Numbered from the stretch's first letter, positions 25,709 through 35,622 are shown. The stretch: 45,437 bases of DNA from Patescibacteria group bacterium (GCA_019752595.1 JAIELV010000003.1:1-45437), one strand, 5' to 3'. Made by a program: numbers and translations. Notes: generated by a model not told the origin, from the letters alone.

Positions 25709-26379
25709 CGACGGGTGACTTTTGCGAATTGAATCTCCAAAGCACCGAAGTCCTTGTGTGTAAACTTATCTATAATCGGGAGGATTTCAACAATATATTT
25801 ATTTGTATCAATCGCATCAACAACGGGCTTAGCACCCGCATTAAAGTTATGCGGCCAATAATCGTCGAAAATAACCACTGTGGTTTCGTGCATTAACTGT
25901 GAAGTGCAATTCCAATCGTTTTGTATTGTTTCAATGCTATGCCCTCCGTCAATAAACACAAAGTCCACCTTTGGGAGTGCGCGTAATGCTGCGGGTAAGG
26001 TTTCTTTAGTGTCGCCCTTGTAGAGCTGTAACGCAACACCTGTAGCGTTGAGCTTCCGTTTAACCTCATCAACTGAGGGTGGCCATTTTGAAATCTCCGA
26101 TTTAAATTGAGCGTCATTTAAAGATTCAAAAAGATCGAAGCCGTAGTACTCGACTTCCGAGGGTGGGGTGTAATGTAATGCTGTACGAATCATGCTCAGC
26201 GCACGATCCCCTCTCCATGTACCCACTTCAAGTATTCTTCGCGCCCGTACCCTCTTGATTTCTTTGTAAAGATACCGATAACGACGCGCGCCTCTCAAAA
26301 GATCGTGTAGCTGGTTGTACAGTGGCGCATAGAAAGGACGAGCGACACGTTTGATAAAGTGGAGCGCCGTGAAGTTCAT
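25705..26379 (-). CDS. Class I SAM-dependent methyltransferase (Methyltransf_24-like)
   Basis: ILEVGTWRG, YYGFDLF, DFVFIDGGHS, VIFDDY. Confidence 0.85.
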   Translation of the reverse strand: MNFTALHFIKRVARPFYAPLYNQLHDLLRGARRYRYLYKEIKRVRARRILEVGTWRGDRALSMIRTALHYTPPSEVEYYGFDLFESLNDAQFKSEISKWPPSVDEVKRKLNATGVALQLYKGDTKETLPAALRALPKVDFVFIDGGHSIETIQNDWNCTSQLMHETTVVIFDDYWPHNFNAGAKPVVDAIDTNKYIVEILPIIDKFTHKDFGALEIQFAKVTRR

Positions 26380-27463
26380 TGTAACATTTTAGAGAAGTGG
26401 TTTACGTGCAGATCCGCTATTCGTTCCCATGCAAAGGTCCGCGCACGAGCTTCTGCTGCCGCGCCCATATGTTGCGATAATTTTTCATCAGTAAGTAATC
26501 TACGTAATGCTTGTGCAATAGCAGCAGGGTTTGGCTCCACAAGGAACCCGGTTTCCCCATCAATAATTGCCGCTTCGGCCCCACTGTTTCGTGTACCCAC
26601 AGACGGAATTCCACATGACCCGGCTTCGAGATATACCATACCGAATCCTTCAATTGCATCCTGAGTAGAGACCGGGGTAAGAAGAAAAAGTCGTGCATTG
26701 TTGTACGCACGCACTAATTCAACATCAGATATCCCAGACAAAAAGGTAATGCGTTCAGTGAGCTTAAGCTCTTGAATCCTCTTTTTCAAGTTACTGCAAT
26801 ACTCACTATCGTCCAACATACCCACAATGGTATAGCGTAAACCCGGAAAATCTTGAGCTACGAGCGCGAACGCCTCAACAGAAAGAGATACCCTTTTCGC
26901 GACTTGACTGCACCCACACTTATTATAGTCGTTGACTGTTCTGGAGAAACGGGATGGCGTGCAAACACTGACACATCAACACCAACAGGAATGATTGTAT
27001 AGTTAGAAAATCGATATCCTGCTAACTCAATTTGACGTCGGACAAAATCACTCACTATAAAAATAGAATCGGCTGAGAAATACACCCAACGGATTAAGAG
27101 ATTTCGAAACTTGTTTTTAGTAAAAAGTGAGTACGTGCCGAGACAATGAATAATCCTTTTTATGGGGAGTCCAATTGATGCAAGGGTAACTATTATGCCA
27201 TACGGGTTGGCGTCATAACACAACACTATGTCATAGTGCGCAATAAACAATCGCAACCTGTGTAAAGTAGAAAACAAGGTCAACGGTGCATACAACGACA
27301 GACCGCGTAATGGTAGATTCAAAACGCTCTCACCGGAACTCCCCGAACCCGAAACATAACCAACTTTGTGACCACGCTCGACAAGTCCCTGACCCACTTG
27401 AGTCGCGAGACGTCCCCACCCAGCCTTTGGGGCAAGGCTGTCCACCACAATACAGATCTTCAT
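26376..27463 (-). pseudogene. GT4 glycosyltransferase split by a single-base frameshift
   Basis: N-half ends ...SVGAVKSRKGYLF; the -1 frame continues SVEAFALVAQDFPGLRYTIVGML...EGFGMVYLEA; junction near 26882-26884. Confidence 0.8.
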
Positions 27464-27858
27464 ACATTTGTAATTCTGACAGTATCCTGCTCGTACCCAT
27501 CATCAGTGCGACTGAGAGTGGTCATGTCAAGTATCTTTGAATCCTCAAGCGCTTCGTACCTGTGTACATATAAGGGCGGGATCCTACTAAAACTACCAGG
27601 GACAAGGATTGTCTCTTCTTTTTGTGAACCATCAACCGCATAAGTGGTAAGTCGGATCTTCCCTTCAAGTACATACGAGTACTGTGTAGATTCCCGATGA
27701 TAATGATTTGCGCGTACAGCTCCTTTTGTGAAAGTGATCATACCTACGTGTCCGACTTTTTCCTCGAGGAGGTCAAAAATGTCACCACGTGCATCACTAA
27801 ACGCAGGCGTCAATGTCTTGTGCTCTACTGCCAAGCCGTTATGAATTGGTTTCGCCAT
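27460..27858 (-). CDS. Cupin (RmlC/FdtA-like sugar epimerase or isomerase fold)
   Basis: FSDARGDI, GAVRANHYH...QYSYVLEG, IPP..VH; ATG at 27858 preferred. Confidence 0.75.
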   Translation of the reverse strand: MAKPIHNGLAVEHKTLTPAFSDARGDIFDLLEEKVGHVGMITFTKGAVRANHYHRESTQYSYVLEGKIRLTTYAVDGSQKEETILVPGSFSRIPPLYVHRYEALEDSKILDMTTLSRTDDGYEQDTVRITNV

Positions 27859-29110
27859 AAATTCGTGGATACGGTATCGGAATAATAAAACGACCACCTT
27901 TCTCGCGATATGTAGTCATGTTTTTCATTATCTCATCAGCAAAATTCCATGCAAGCAACAAACAGAAATCAGGAACGTCCTCAATAATCTTTTCATCCGG
28001 ATATATAGGTAAGTGTACCCCGGGAGTATATCTCCCTACCTTGAGAGGGTTCTTTTCTGTCGCATAGTTCAAAAAAGATGCGTCAAGGTGGCAATAATTT
28101 AGAAGGGTGTTGCCCTTAGCCGGCGCAGAGAGGGCCACGATACTTTTACCTTGCTTCTTGAGCGACAACACGAGACTAAGAAGTGCTTCTTTTTGTCCAC
28201 GCACCCGGTCGGCAAACTGAGCAAGCTTTTCAACTGAGTACAAACCCGCGAGCTCTTCTTCGTTAATGAGGGAATCAACAGTACTCGAAAGTTCATGCCG
28301 ACCGGGGTGTCCCACAAAAAAGCGAAGACTGCCTCCATGAATAAGGTTCTTTTCGACATCAAACAATTCAAGTCCCATAGACTCGAAATAAGATCTCATA
28401 GGTTTCACTGATAGGTAGGAGATATGCTGGTGGTAAATAGTATCGTACTCAACGTTTTCAATAAGCGGCAGTGCATGTGGAGCCTCTATAACGATAACCC
28501 CCTCGTCTGCCAAGAGTTCCTTCATTCCAAGAACGCTGTCGTCAATCTCGTGAAGGTGTGCAAAAACGTTAGTCGCAGTAATAACTTGTGCTTTCCCGTG
28601 CGAAACAGTGATAGCTTTTGCTAATGCGCTTCCAAAAAAATCAACGATAGTGTCGATACCCCCTGCAATAGATTTCTCCGCAATATTTTGAGCAGGGTCT
28701 ACGCCAAGTACCCGCATCCCCACCTCTTTAAATCCAGCAAGCAAGACACCCACATTACTCCCTATGTCCACCACTAGTGACCCTGGTGGTATCGAAAAAC
28801 GTCGAACGATACTTTCAGCCATAGTGGCATAATGCGCGCGACCAGTCGCTGTGGTTGACGACTGATAAAGATAGTCAGTTTGATAAAGGATTTCAGGATC
28901 TACAAAATAATCTATTTGCAAAAGCCCACACCGCCCGCAGGACATTAAGCGCAAAGGAAAAGTGATTTCTGCATTGTAGAGCTGTGCCTCAGTCGGGAAA
29001 AAATCTGAATGCGGGTGCATCCCAAGGTCAATCACCAAAAAGAGAGACTCCTGTTTGCACATATGGCAACGATTCGAAGCATGCCCGAACTGTGTATTTT
29101 TTTGACTCAT
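27839..29110 (-). CDS. Second NDP-sugar C-methyltransferase
   Basis: CHMC...CGRC, DIGSNVG, ATNVFAH, DTIYHQH, HGGSLR, APAKGNTLLN, LLAWNF. Confidence 0.9.
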   Translation of the reverse strand: MSQKNTQFGHASNRCHMCKQESLFLVIDLGMHPHSDFFPTEAQLYNAEITFPLRLMSCGRCGLLQIDYFVDPEILYQTDYLYQSSTTATGRAHYATMAESIVRRFSIPPGSLVVDIGSNVGVLLAGFKEVGMRVLGVDPAQNIAEKSIAGGIDTIVDFFGSALAKAITVSHGKAQVITATNVFAHLHEIDDSVLGMKELLADEGVIVIEAPHALPLIENVEYDTIYHQHISYLSVKPMRSYFESMGLELFDVEKNLIHGGSLRFFVGHPGRHELSSTVDSLINEEELAGLYSVEKLAQFADRVRGQKEALLSLVLSLKKQGKSIVALSAPAKGNTLLNYCHLDASFLNYATEKNPLKVGRYTPGVHLPIYPDEKIIEDVPDFCLLLAWNFADEIMKNMTTYREKGGRFIIPIPYPRIYGETNS

Positions 29111-29142
29111 AATCCGAGATATAGATATATTGAGGACTGAAT

Positions 29143-30198
29143 TTATGTAGCAACTGGATTAAGACCTTGCAAAAGTTCAATATCAGACCTTACCATAGAT
29201 GTGACGAGGGTATGGAATGTGGTTTTCGGCACCCACCCAAGCTTTTCTCTTGCTTTCGTAATGTCGGCTAACAGATAATTTACTTCGCGCGGACGATAAA
29301 ATTTCTCATCAACCATAACCCGCACAACACCGTTTTGGTCTCTCCCTATCTCCTTCACACCTTCCCCCTCCCAGGTGATGTTCAAACCGACAGCGTCTGC
29401 AACAACTTCAACGAGTTCGCGAACAGAGTGTGACTCTCCTGTGCCGATAACGTAATCATCCGGCGTGTCTTGTTGTAGCATTAACCACATCATTTCTACG
29501 TAATCGCCCGCAAAGCCCCAGTCTCGTTTTGCATCAAGGTTACCGAGAGTGATCGTTTCGCGTTGACCTAGAGAAATCTTTGCGAACGAAAGTGACGTTT
29601 TTCTGGTAACAAAATGTTCGCCACGGCGAGGGCTTTCATGATTGAAGAGGAAACCTGAACAAATAAAAAGTCCGTGCTTCTGCCGGTACCCGACAACGTA
29701 ATCTTCGTGCGCCTTCAGTTTCGCCTCGCCGTACGGAGAAACCGGATTCATGGGCGATGTTTCCGCTTGTGGCGGATTAGTCGAGCCAAACATTTCTGAT
29801 GTGGATGCTTGATATATGCGCACCTTCGGATTGTGTCGCATAGCCACATGGACCAAATGGCCCATGCCCTTGTAGTTGATTTCATAGGTTTCTTCCGGGC
29901 ACTCAAACGAGATACCGACATGAGATTGTGCTCCTAGGTTGTACACCTCATCAGGGTTTGCTTTTAGTATGACACGCTCCAAAAGAGCGATATCACGCAA
30001 ATCGCCATAGTGAATATGAATACGATTTTTGACATTTACGAGACGTCCGAATACGTCGTGGCTCGAACGCCGAACAAGACCATGTACTTCGTACCCTTTG
30101 GAAAGTAAAAATTCAGCGAGATACGAACCGTCTTGGCCGGTAATCCCCGTAACGAGGGCGCGTTTTACGCCACCTGAAGTAGTGAGAGATGTGTCCAT
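29143..30198 (-). CDS. gmd: GDP-mannose 4,6-dehydratase
   Basis: ALVTGITGQDGSYLAE, YNLGAQSHV, YQASTSEMFG, FNHESPRRG..FVTRK, LGNLDAKRDWG. ATG at 30198 preferred. Confidence 0.96.
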   Translation of the reverse strand: MDTSLTTSGGVKRALVTGITGQDGSYLAEFLLSKGYEVHGLVRRSSHDVFGRLVNVKNRIHIHYGDLRDIALLERVILKANPDEVYNLGAQSHVGISFECPEETYEINYKGMGHLVHVAMRHNPKVRIYQASTSEMFGSTNPPQAETSPMNPVSPYGEAKLKAHEDYVVGYRQKHGLFICSGFLFNHESPRRGEHFVTRKTSLSFAKISLGQRETITLGNLDAKRDWGFAGDYVEMMWLMLQQDTPDDYVIGTGESHSVRELVEVVADAVGLNITWEGEGVKEIGRDQNGVVRVMVDEKFYRPREVNYLLADITKAREKLGWVPKTTFHTLVTSMVRSDIELLQGLNPVAT

Positions 30199-30321
30199 AG
30201 TGAAGGATACGGCGTATTCTCTCACAATTCAGAAATACTGAAAAGTGTCACTCATAGGTTTAATCATGAAGCAAATTGGATCAACTTCCTTCGCGGGCAT
30301 AAACCTAAAATAAGTTCATAG

Positions 30322-30636
30322 GAGGGTTATTCTATTGCCTTTGCCGTTCCTTGGGCTCTTCCCGAACTCAGGAATATTTTGGATGTCGCGATTGAAAACA
30401 TGCCGCCGAATGTCTCTGCAGAAATTGACAGAGGTTGGATCACAGACCCTGCACACTGCAGTTTGCTTTCCGGAAGTTCGCAATTCATTTTGGGACAGAA
30501 CGTAAATTCTGAAGGAGTAATAGTTATCATATTGAGTGCCTTCCTCATGCTATCCCTGGGCTTTATTCTCCACTACCTTTATGTTCACATTACACCAAAG
30601 AAAGACGCGGAGAGGCACGAGCAATACACGCCGTAG
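30322..30636 (+). pseudogene. Possible remnant: C-terminus of a solute-binding (SBP family 3-like) domain plus a TM helix
   Basis: After an in-frame TAG (30319-30321) the frame reads EGYSIAFAVPWALPELRNILDVAIENMPPNVSAEIDRGWI, then a hydrophobic helix. Confidence 0.35.
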
Positions 30637-30663
30637 CGAGCGGGCTGCGCATCAGAAGATTAT

Positions 30664-32040
30664 TTAGTGTTTTTTCTTTTTGCCGTCCCCGAACTTCTTT
30701 AACTTTTCAAGCACTCCAGATAGCGTATTTTTCTCTGAAGTTTTTTTCTCTTCTTTGAGGTCTTGTTCAATCTCTTTCAATTCCTGTTTTGCTTCTTCTC
30801 TTCTCACTAGTTGAAGTGCGCGAATCATATTTTCAAAGACGTGATGTCCGAAGATGTACCGTCCTCCAAAGAAAAGAACGACAAGCGTGAGTACAAGAAG
30901 AAGAATCCACACAAGGTAACTTTCAAGGAACTGTGCAATCGCGTTTGGAGGTCGAACATCAATTGATTCATCGCGTACGTTCCCTGCTTTGTCGACAGCG
31001 CGCACAATGACAGTTACTCCTGACACCGAAGCGGACGGCACCTGGAACGGGCTTTCCGCGTCAACAAAAACTGGAGATGCGGTCGGTGCAGATGATGTAT
31101 CGATAACACCTACCTCGTAGTGATCAATACCTGAAAGATTGTCAGTGGTAAAGAACGAGACTAGCGTGCGATTTACTAAGACCACAGCGGCAACAACGTA
31201 GTTCACTTCGGGTTTAAACCGCGCTGGTGGTGTGGTGTCTATACGGATTAAAAAATGCGTCGTACCGCCCCACACACCGTTTTTGTAGGCTTTTATGTGA
31301 AAGTACCATAGTCCGTCAGCAAGATTTTCAAAACCTTTTGTTGTTCCAGTATCCGTAACAGCATTCCCTGGAATAGTGTTCGGTTTGTTGTCTAACACAT
31401 AACTGAAGCCTGTGACTCCCTGTTCAACCTCCCACGCAAGTACGGGACTATTATTGTTATACCAAGTACTCTGCGACGGATGGGTTTCGGAATACACTGA
31501 TGCACCTCCTGGTGCTTTTGCGATAATCACATACTCTGCTCTCCCCTTCTCCAAAGTCGCAGGACTTCCCAAGCCGTCATTTAAAAGAATATTTGAATCT
31601 GAACGGACGGAGAGGACAGCGCCCCCAGTAGATTTTGCACGAAATGTAATAGTGCCGATGACGCCTGAATCGGTCACGATGCCGTTTGGTATAACCCCAA
31701 CGTAACTCGCAGTACCTCGAGCATTGTCATACGTCGGTGGCTCTACCCACACACCGACGATTGATTGGCCTGTTGATGCTTGGACTATGGAAAGTCGGTC
31801 AGCATCAAAATTTAACCGCACCTCAATGCCGTTAATAGACGTGCCATTCGTATCCAAGACAATAGGCACCTGAAACGTGGAGCCTTCCTCGAAAGAACCG
31901 CTTCGCGGAGAAAATGACACAGCAACGTTCGGCACCAATGTGGACGCATCCACCGTGACAGACGCAGCAAAAAGCACTCCTGGGATTAAAAGGACCAAAA
32001 CAAGAAGTGCAAGATATACGAAAGAGAACCTACGCGTCAT
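30664..32040 (-). CDS. Cohesin-domain membrane-anchored protein
   Basis: Signal peptide; FQVPIVLDT.G.SINGIEVRLNFD...IGTITFRAK...ILLNDG.G; Ig-like domains; C-terminal TM plus charged tail. Confidence 0.82.
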   Translation of the reverse strand: MTRRFSFVYLALLVLVLLIPGVLFAASVTVDASTLVPNVAVSFSPRSGSFEEGSTFQVPIVLDTNGTSINGIEVRLNFDADRLSIVQASTGQSIVGVWVEPPTYDNARGTASYVGVIPNGIVTDSGVIGTITFRAKSTGGAVLSVRSDSNILLNDGLGSPATLEKGRAEYVIIAKAPGGASVYSETHPSQSTWYNNNSPVLAWEVEQGVTGFSYVLDNKPNTIPGNAVTDTGTTKGFENLADGLWYFHIKAYKNGVWGGTTHFLIRIDTTPPARFKPEVNYVVAAVVLVNRTLVSFFTTDNLSGIDHYEVGVIDTSSAPTASPVFVDAESPFQVPSASVSGVTVIVRAVDKAGNVRDESIDVRPPNAIAQFLESYLVWILLLVLTLVVLFFGGRYIFGHHVFENMIRALQLVRREEAKQELKEIEQDLKEEKKTSEKNTLSGVLEKLKKFGDGKKKKH

Positions 32041-32078
32041 ATGCGCTTGTCTTCATTGTACGCCACGAAACACGCGCC

Positions 32079-33248
32079 TTAACGGTTTTTGCCCGATGAT
32101 GCGGAATCTATGTCGTGAATTTCCTTCTCAATGACTTTCTCGGCGTCATCCAAATCTTTTCTAATAGAAAGTATGTCGGTTTTCTCGCCTTCAGGGCTTT
32201 TGCGCGACGAACCTTTTGCGTGCTCAGAAAGATCTTGGCGCAAAAGTGTGAACGAACGATGCACTACGTCTTCCGCCTCTTTTACTTCGCGCTTGATTGC
32301 TGTAAAGGGGCGCGCGGGTTTTCCGAAATATCCGCGCTTAAGAAAATAGCCTATGAGGAACAGCAGGCCAAGAATAACGGCGAGCGCAACATAGACTGCG
32401 TATTCCCAACTCAGAAAACCTGCAATCCCACCAACTTGAAGCGTGAGCGGGTCGGAGGTCTCTGACTGGCGTCCATCCTCAAGAATCATCGTCGCGGTCA
32501 CCGCATACGGACCATTTCGTAGTATCGAAGGGACCAGAAGCTCAAAACTTCCTTCAGCATCCGCCGTGCCTGTTATGTAGACCTTCGATCCCGACACTGC
32601 GACAAATGAAAGTACGACGTCAGCCCTGCTGTGGTCTGACTTTCCTAAAATTGCATCATTCCCGTCGAGTAGGCCGAAACGGATTGTCGGCGCATCAAGA
32701 ATAGTAGCAACAGGCTTCGGTGCTTCTACAATAGGCTCTGGTTCAGGTTCAGGCTCTGGGGTCGGCTGAGGAGACGGCGCTGCGCCTACCGCAAGCGTAT
32801 AGGTCGCGGTCCGTAACCCTGTGGTGATGTCAGTCCCCTGGCCATCATTTGCCAATATTTGTCCCGATTCAAATGCGATAGTTGCCTGACCTGCTTTTTT
32901 CGCCCGAAGCGCCATCGTTAACACTGAACCGTTTGAACCCTGAAATCCTGAGAGCGAAACTCCTTCAAATGTCACTCTTCCTGATGCGTTTGAATACGAA
33001 GGCTCGGTAACCCAAAAGTTCAATACTGATCCTTTATTTACGTATTCAACTGAAAATAAATCCGTCGGGAAAGAAACAACACCTGAAGCGGCGTTCATTG
33101 CAACGTCACTCGTCACCGTGACGTTGACGATAACGCGCTGCCCTACCGTGTAGCTACCGCTTGCAGGGCTAAGCGACATTGTTGCCGCGTCTACCCCCGA
33201 CGGAATGAGCGCTATAAGAAACAAAGCGAGTGTGAGCAATTTCTTCAT
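32079..33248 (-). CDS. Cohesin-domain membrane-anchored protein
   Basis: AATMSLSPASGSY.VG, MNAASGVVSFP, FWVTEP, ILANDGQGT; PE-rich linker; C-terminal TM. Confidence 0.85.
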   Translation of the reverse strand: MKKLLTLALFLIALIPSGVDAATMSLSPASGSYTVGQRVIVNVTVTSDVAMNAASGVVSFPTDLFSVEYVNKGSVLNFWVTEPSYSNASGRVTFEGVSLSGFQGSNGSVLTMALRAKKAGQATIAFESGQILANDGQGTDITTGLRTATYTLAVGAAPSPQPTPEPEPEPEPIVEAPKPVATILDAPTIRFGLLDGNDAILGKSDHSRADVVLSFVAVSGSKVYITGTADAEGSFELLVPSILRNGPYAVTATMILEDGRQSETSDPLTLQVGGIAGFLSWEYAVYVALAVILGLLFLIGYFLKRGYFGKPARPFTAIKREVKEAEDVVHRSFTLLRQDLSEHAKGSSRKSPEGEKTDILSIRKDLDDAEKVIEKEIHDIDSASSGKNR

Positions 33249-33250
33249 AC

Positions 33251-34150
33251 TTACTTCAAGGATACCCTACGTCTAGCAGTAAAAATTGCAAAAAAGAGAA
33301 ATCCTACAAAGAGCAAGAGCGCCACAGGCAAGCCCCAGGTCAAAAGGAATGAAGTAAGCCCAGGCTCTGTAGGCGCCAGGGTTGCAATACGAACATTCCC
33401 TTGGCTGTCGATTGCCCTAACAAACACGTACTGCCCAAGAACTTCTGTGCTGATTTGGTGCGGTGATTCAGCAGACACCCACGATACAAGAAACTCGGGC
33501 AGGAATCCTATATATGAAAAACCAATGTCATACGCGCGGATACCTGAATCTTTATCTTGTGTAGCAAATACCACAACGTCACCCTCGAGCCCGTACGGGG
33601 CTCCCGAAACTACAGCGGGCGTAAACGCTTCGGGTGCATATGTATCGGCTCCAAGACCTGCCGTCACTGGAGCGTCAGAAGCAACAACTGAAAATTCGGC
33701 AGAACTTTTCGAAAGAGAAATAGATGTTCCCTCGCCATCATTTAAATACGCTTTCGGCGCATCATTGAATGCAAACCTTCCAATTCCCTCACTGTTTGCC
33801 GTCAGGATAAGTGTAAACAAATTCCCGCTACCCGTACGCTCAGGACTCGCCTGATACCCGCCTGGCACCACACCTTCGAAATCGATAACTCCACTCGTGC
33901 GCTCGGCTGGTGGTGAAAGCCACAACGACACGACAGAGCCACGATACCGGACTTCAGAAACAGAAACGTTTTTAGGAAGTAACACTGAGCCCTCAATTGC
34001 GTTTATATTTTTCCCCTCAGTATCGAGAAATACCTCTACTGCGAATTGCCCGCCTAGATTCACAGCTTCCGGCGCCACAATACGAATCGTTGCGGCATTC
34101 GCGCTATGCGGAATAAGAACCAAGAGTAGTGTGAGTATAAAGTAGCGCAT
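33251..34150 (-). CDS. Cohesin-domain membrane-anchored protein
   Basis: FAVEVFLDT.GKNINAIEG, SLW..PP, GVVPGG, YLNDGEGT, FATQDKDSGI; C-terminal TM. ATG at 34150 preferred. Confidence 0.82.
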   Translation of the reverse strand: MRYFILTLLLVLIPHSANAATIRIVAPEAVNLGGQFAVEVFLDTEGKNINAIEGSVLLPKNVSVSEVRYRGSVVSLWLSPPAERTSGVIDFEGVVPGGYQASPERTGSGNLFTLILTANSEGIGRFAFNDAPKAYLNDGEGTSISLSKSSAEFSVVASDAPVTAGLGADTYAPEAFTPAVVSGAPYGLEGDVVVFATQDKDSGIRAYDIGFSYIGFLPEFLVSWVSAESPHQISTEVLGQYVFVRAIDSQGNVRIATLAPTEPGLTSFLLTWGLPVALLLFVGFLFFAIFTARRRVSLK

Positions 34151-34152
34151 AA

Positions 34153-35478
34153 TTACCCGGTCCAATTAGACGCCATAATTGAGAAATTGATAAGTGAAAT
34201 CTGTTTGTCGTTATTTAAATCGTACGCGACAGGGAATCCTTTCTTTTTATACCAAAACGCCTGAATCGAGAAGTCGACCAAGTTCACCCTGCCGTCGCAG
34301 TTTAAGTCACCACGGCGACCGCAAGAGTTCGTCGGTTTTTTACTTTTCAAAATATCCTGAAGACCAACCTTAAATGCTACTGAGGTGCTGGTCTTAGACA
34401 CTTGCCCAGACTTTGAGGTGAGAGAGCGTGTACTGTGCTGACCCATTTCAAGAGGGGATGTTACAAAGCTGTACGCATACACACCGTCAGCATCTGAAGC
34501 TGTCTCAAAAAAAAGTTCATTCTCCGAATTCACCATAATTGATACGGTGGACGTAGGTGATGTGTGACCGAATACGCGAATCGGACTTCCCTGACGAACC
34601 TCTTCTTTATCAACATCGATTGTCGGCGCGAGATAAATACCAGTCACTGTTACGGTGACGCCAGGAGCAAGTGTGACAGGAACTGGAGTTGAGGCGGATT
34701 GGTATCCGCTCTTATCTGTTGCATAGAGATTAAACAAGTACGTTCCCGCAGCAAGGTTATTTACTGTTATGGAGAATGCGGCAGTTTCTCCCACTGGCTG
34801 CCGCGCAAGCAACACTGAGTCTCGCAGTGTCGTAATCGTACTGTCTGGATACGCGCGTCCCATAAGAATAACGGTTGCATCGCCACCGCTCGGAATCGGC
34901 GCCCCGCCTCCTCCGCCACCTCCGCCGCCGCCACCTCCTCCGCCACCGGGCGGAGTAACAGGCGCCGAAGGAGTTGCTGAAACCTGTGTTGAAGTTGCTA
35001 TCGGATTTCCAAGAGCATCATGGGTGCGCACGACGAAATAGTATGTGGTGCCGTTCGTAAGTCCTGAGCGTAGAGAAGAAGTCACATTACCTACATTGGT
35101 AAACGTATACGGACCGCCGTTTGTGGTTGACTGGCCAATACGATACGAACCGACGTTGTATCCCAGTCCTGCACCAGACGCCGTCCAAGAAACAGTCGCT
35201 TCACCGTTACCCGCACTTGCCGAAACGGCCGAAGCGGCGGTCACAAACGGAAAATACAAAAACCCGAATCTTCCGATAAAACTTGCTGCAGTCGAACTTC
35301 CAATAATGGGGTCGCCAGCAGTGAACATTCTAAAACTTGCCGAAGTTCCGAAGCTACCTCCACTGTTTAAGATCGGCGCACGGATAATGAAGCTGGAACT
35401 TGTCATGTCTTCCGCGCGTGCAAAAAAAGGCGCGACAACCGCGAATGTAAGAAAAATTGCAACGAGTATGCCCCGCAT
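34153..35478 (-). CDS. Secreted FN3 + poly-Gly + Ig-like protein with C-terminal dockerin-like EF-hand pair
   Basis: GLTNGTTYYFVVR (FN3); Gly15 linker; GDLNCDGRVNLVDFSI...DLNNDKQISLINFSIM. Confidence 0.85.
   Translation of the reverse strand: MRGILVAIFLTFAVVAPFFARAEDMTSSSFIIRAPILNSGGSFGTSASFRMFTAGDPIIGSSTAASFIGRFGFLYFPFVTAASAVSASAGNGEATVSWTASGAGLGYNVGSYRIGQSTTNGGPYTFTNVGNVTSSLRSGLTNGTTYYFVVRTHDALGNPIATSTQVSATPSAPVTPPGGGGGGGGGGGGGGGAPIPSGGDATVILMGRAYPDSTITTLRDSVLLARQPVGETAAFSITVNNLAAGTYLFNLYATDKSGYQSASTPVPVTLAPGVTVTVTGIYLAPTIDVDKEEVRQGSPIRVFGHTSPTSTVSIMVNSENELFFETASDADGVYAYSFVTSPLEMGQHSTRSLTSKSGQVSKTSTSVAFKVGLQDILKSKKPTNSCGRRGDLNCDGRVNLVDFSIQAFWYKKKGFPVAYDLNNDKQISLINFSIMASNWTG
34903..34947 (-). 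repeat. Poly-glycine (15 GGN codons) linker
   Basis: Mixed GGT/GGC/GGA/GGG codons counted by hand. Confidence 0.9.
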
Positions 35479-35536
35479 TTCCCTTCTATAGTACCTCAGG
35501 AAAATATTGAATATTGGTCGCGAAAACGAATAAGCT

Positions 35537-35556
35537 TGATATGATATATCATATCA
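35537..35556. promoter_or_regulatory. Perfect 20-bp palindrome, candidate operator
   Basis: TGATATGATATATCATATCA, about 60 bp upstream of the dockerin-cohesin genes. Confidence 0.5.
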
Positions 35557-35622
35557 GAGCAACAGCGCGGTAATGCAGCTACTGCACTGAAACGAGCGCG
35601 CTATGGCGCTCATGAGCGCTCA

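Noticed and set aside
34903-34947. Phase-variable simple repeat
   Set aside because: In-frame mixed GGN codons encoding a Gly linker, not a pure repeat.
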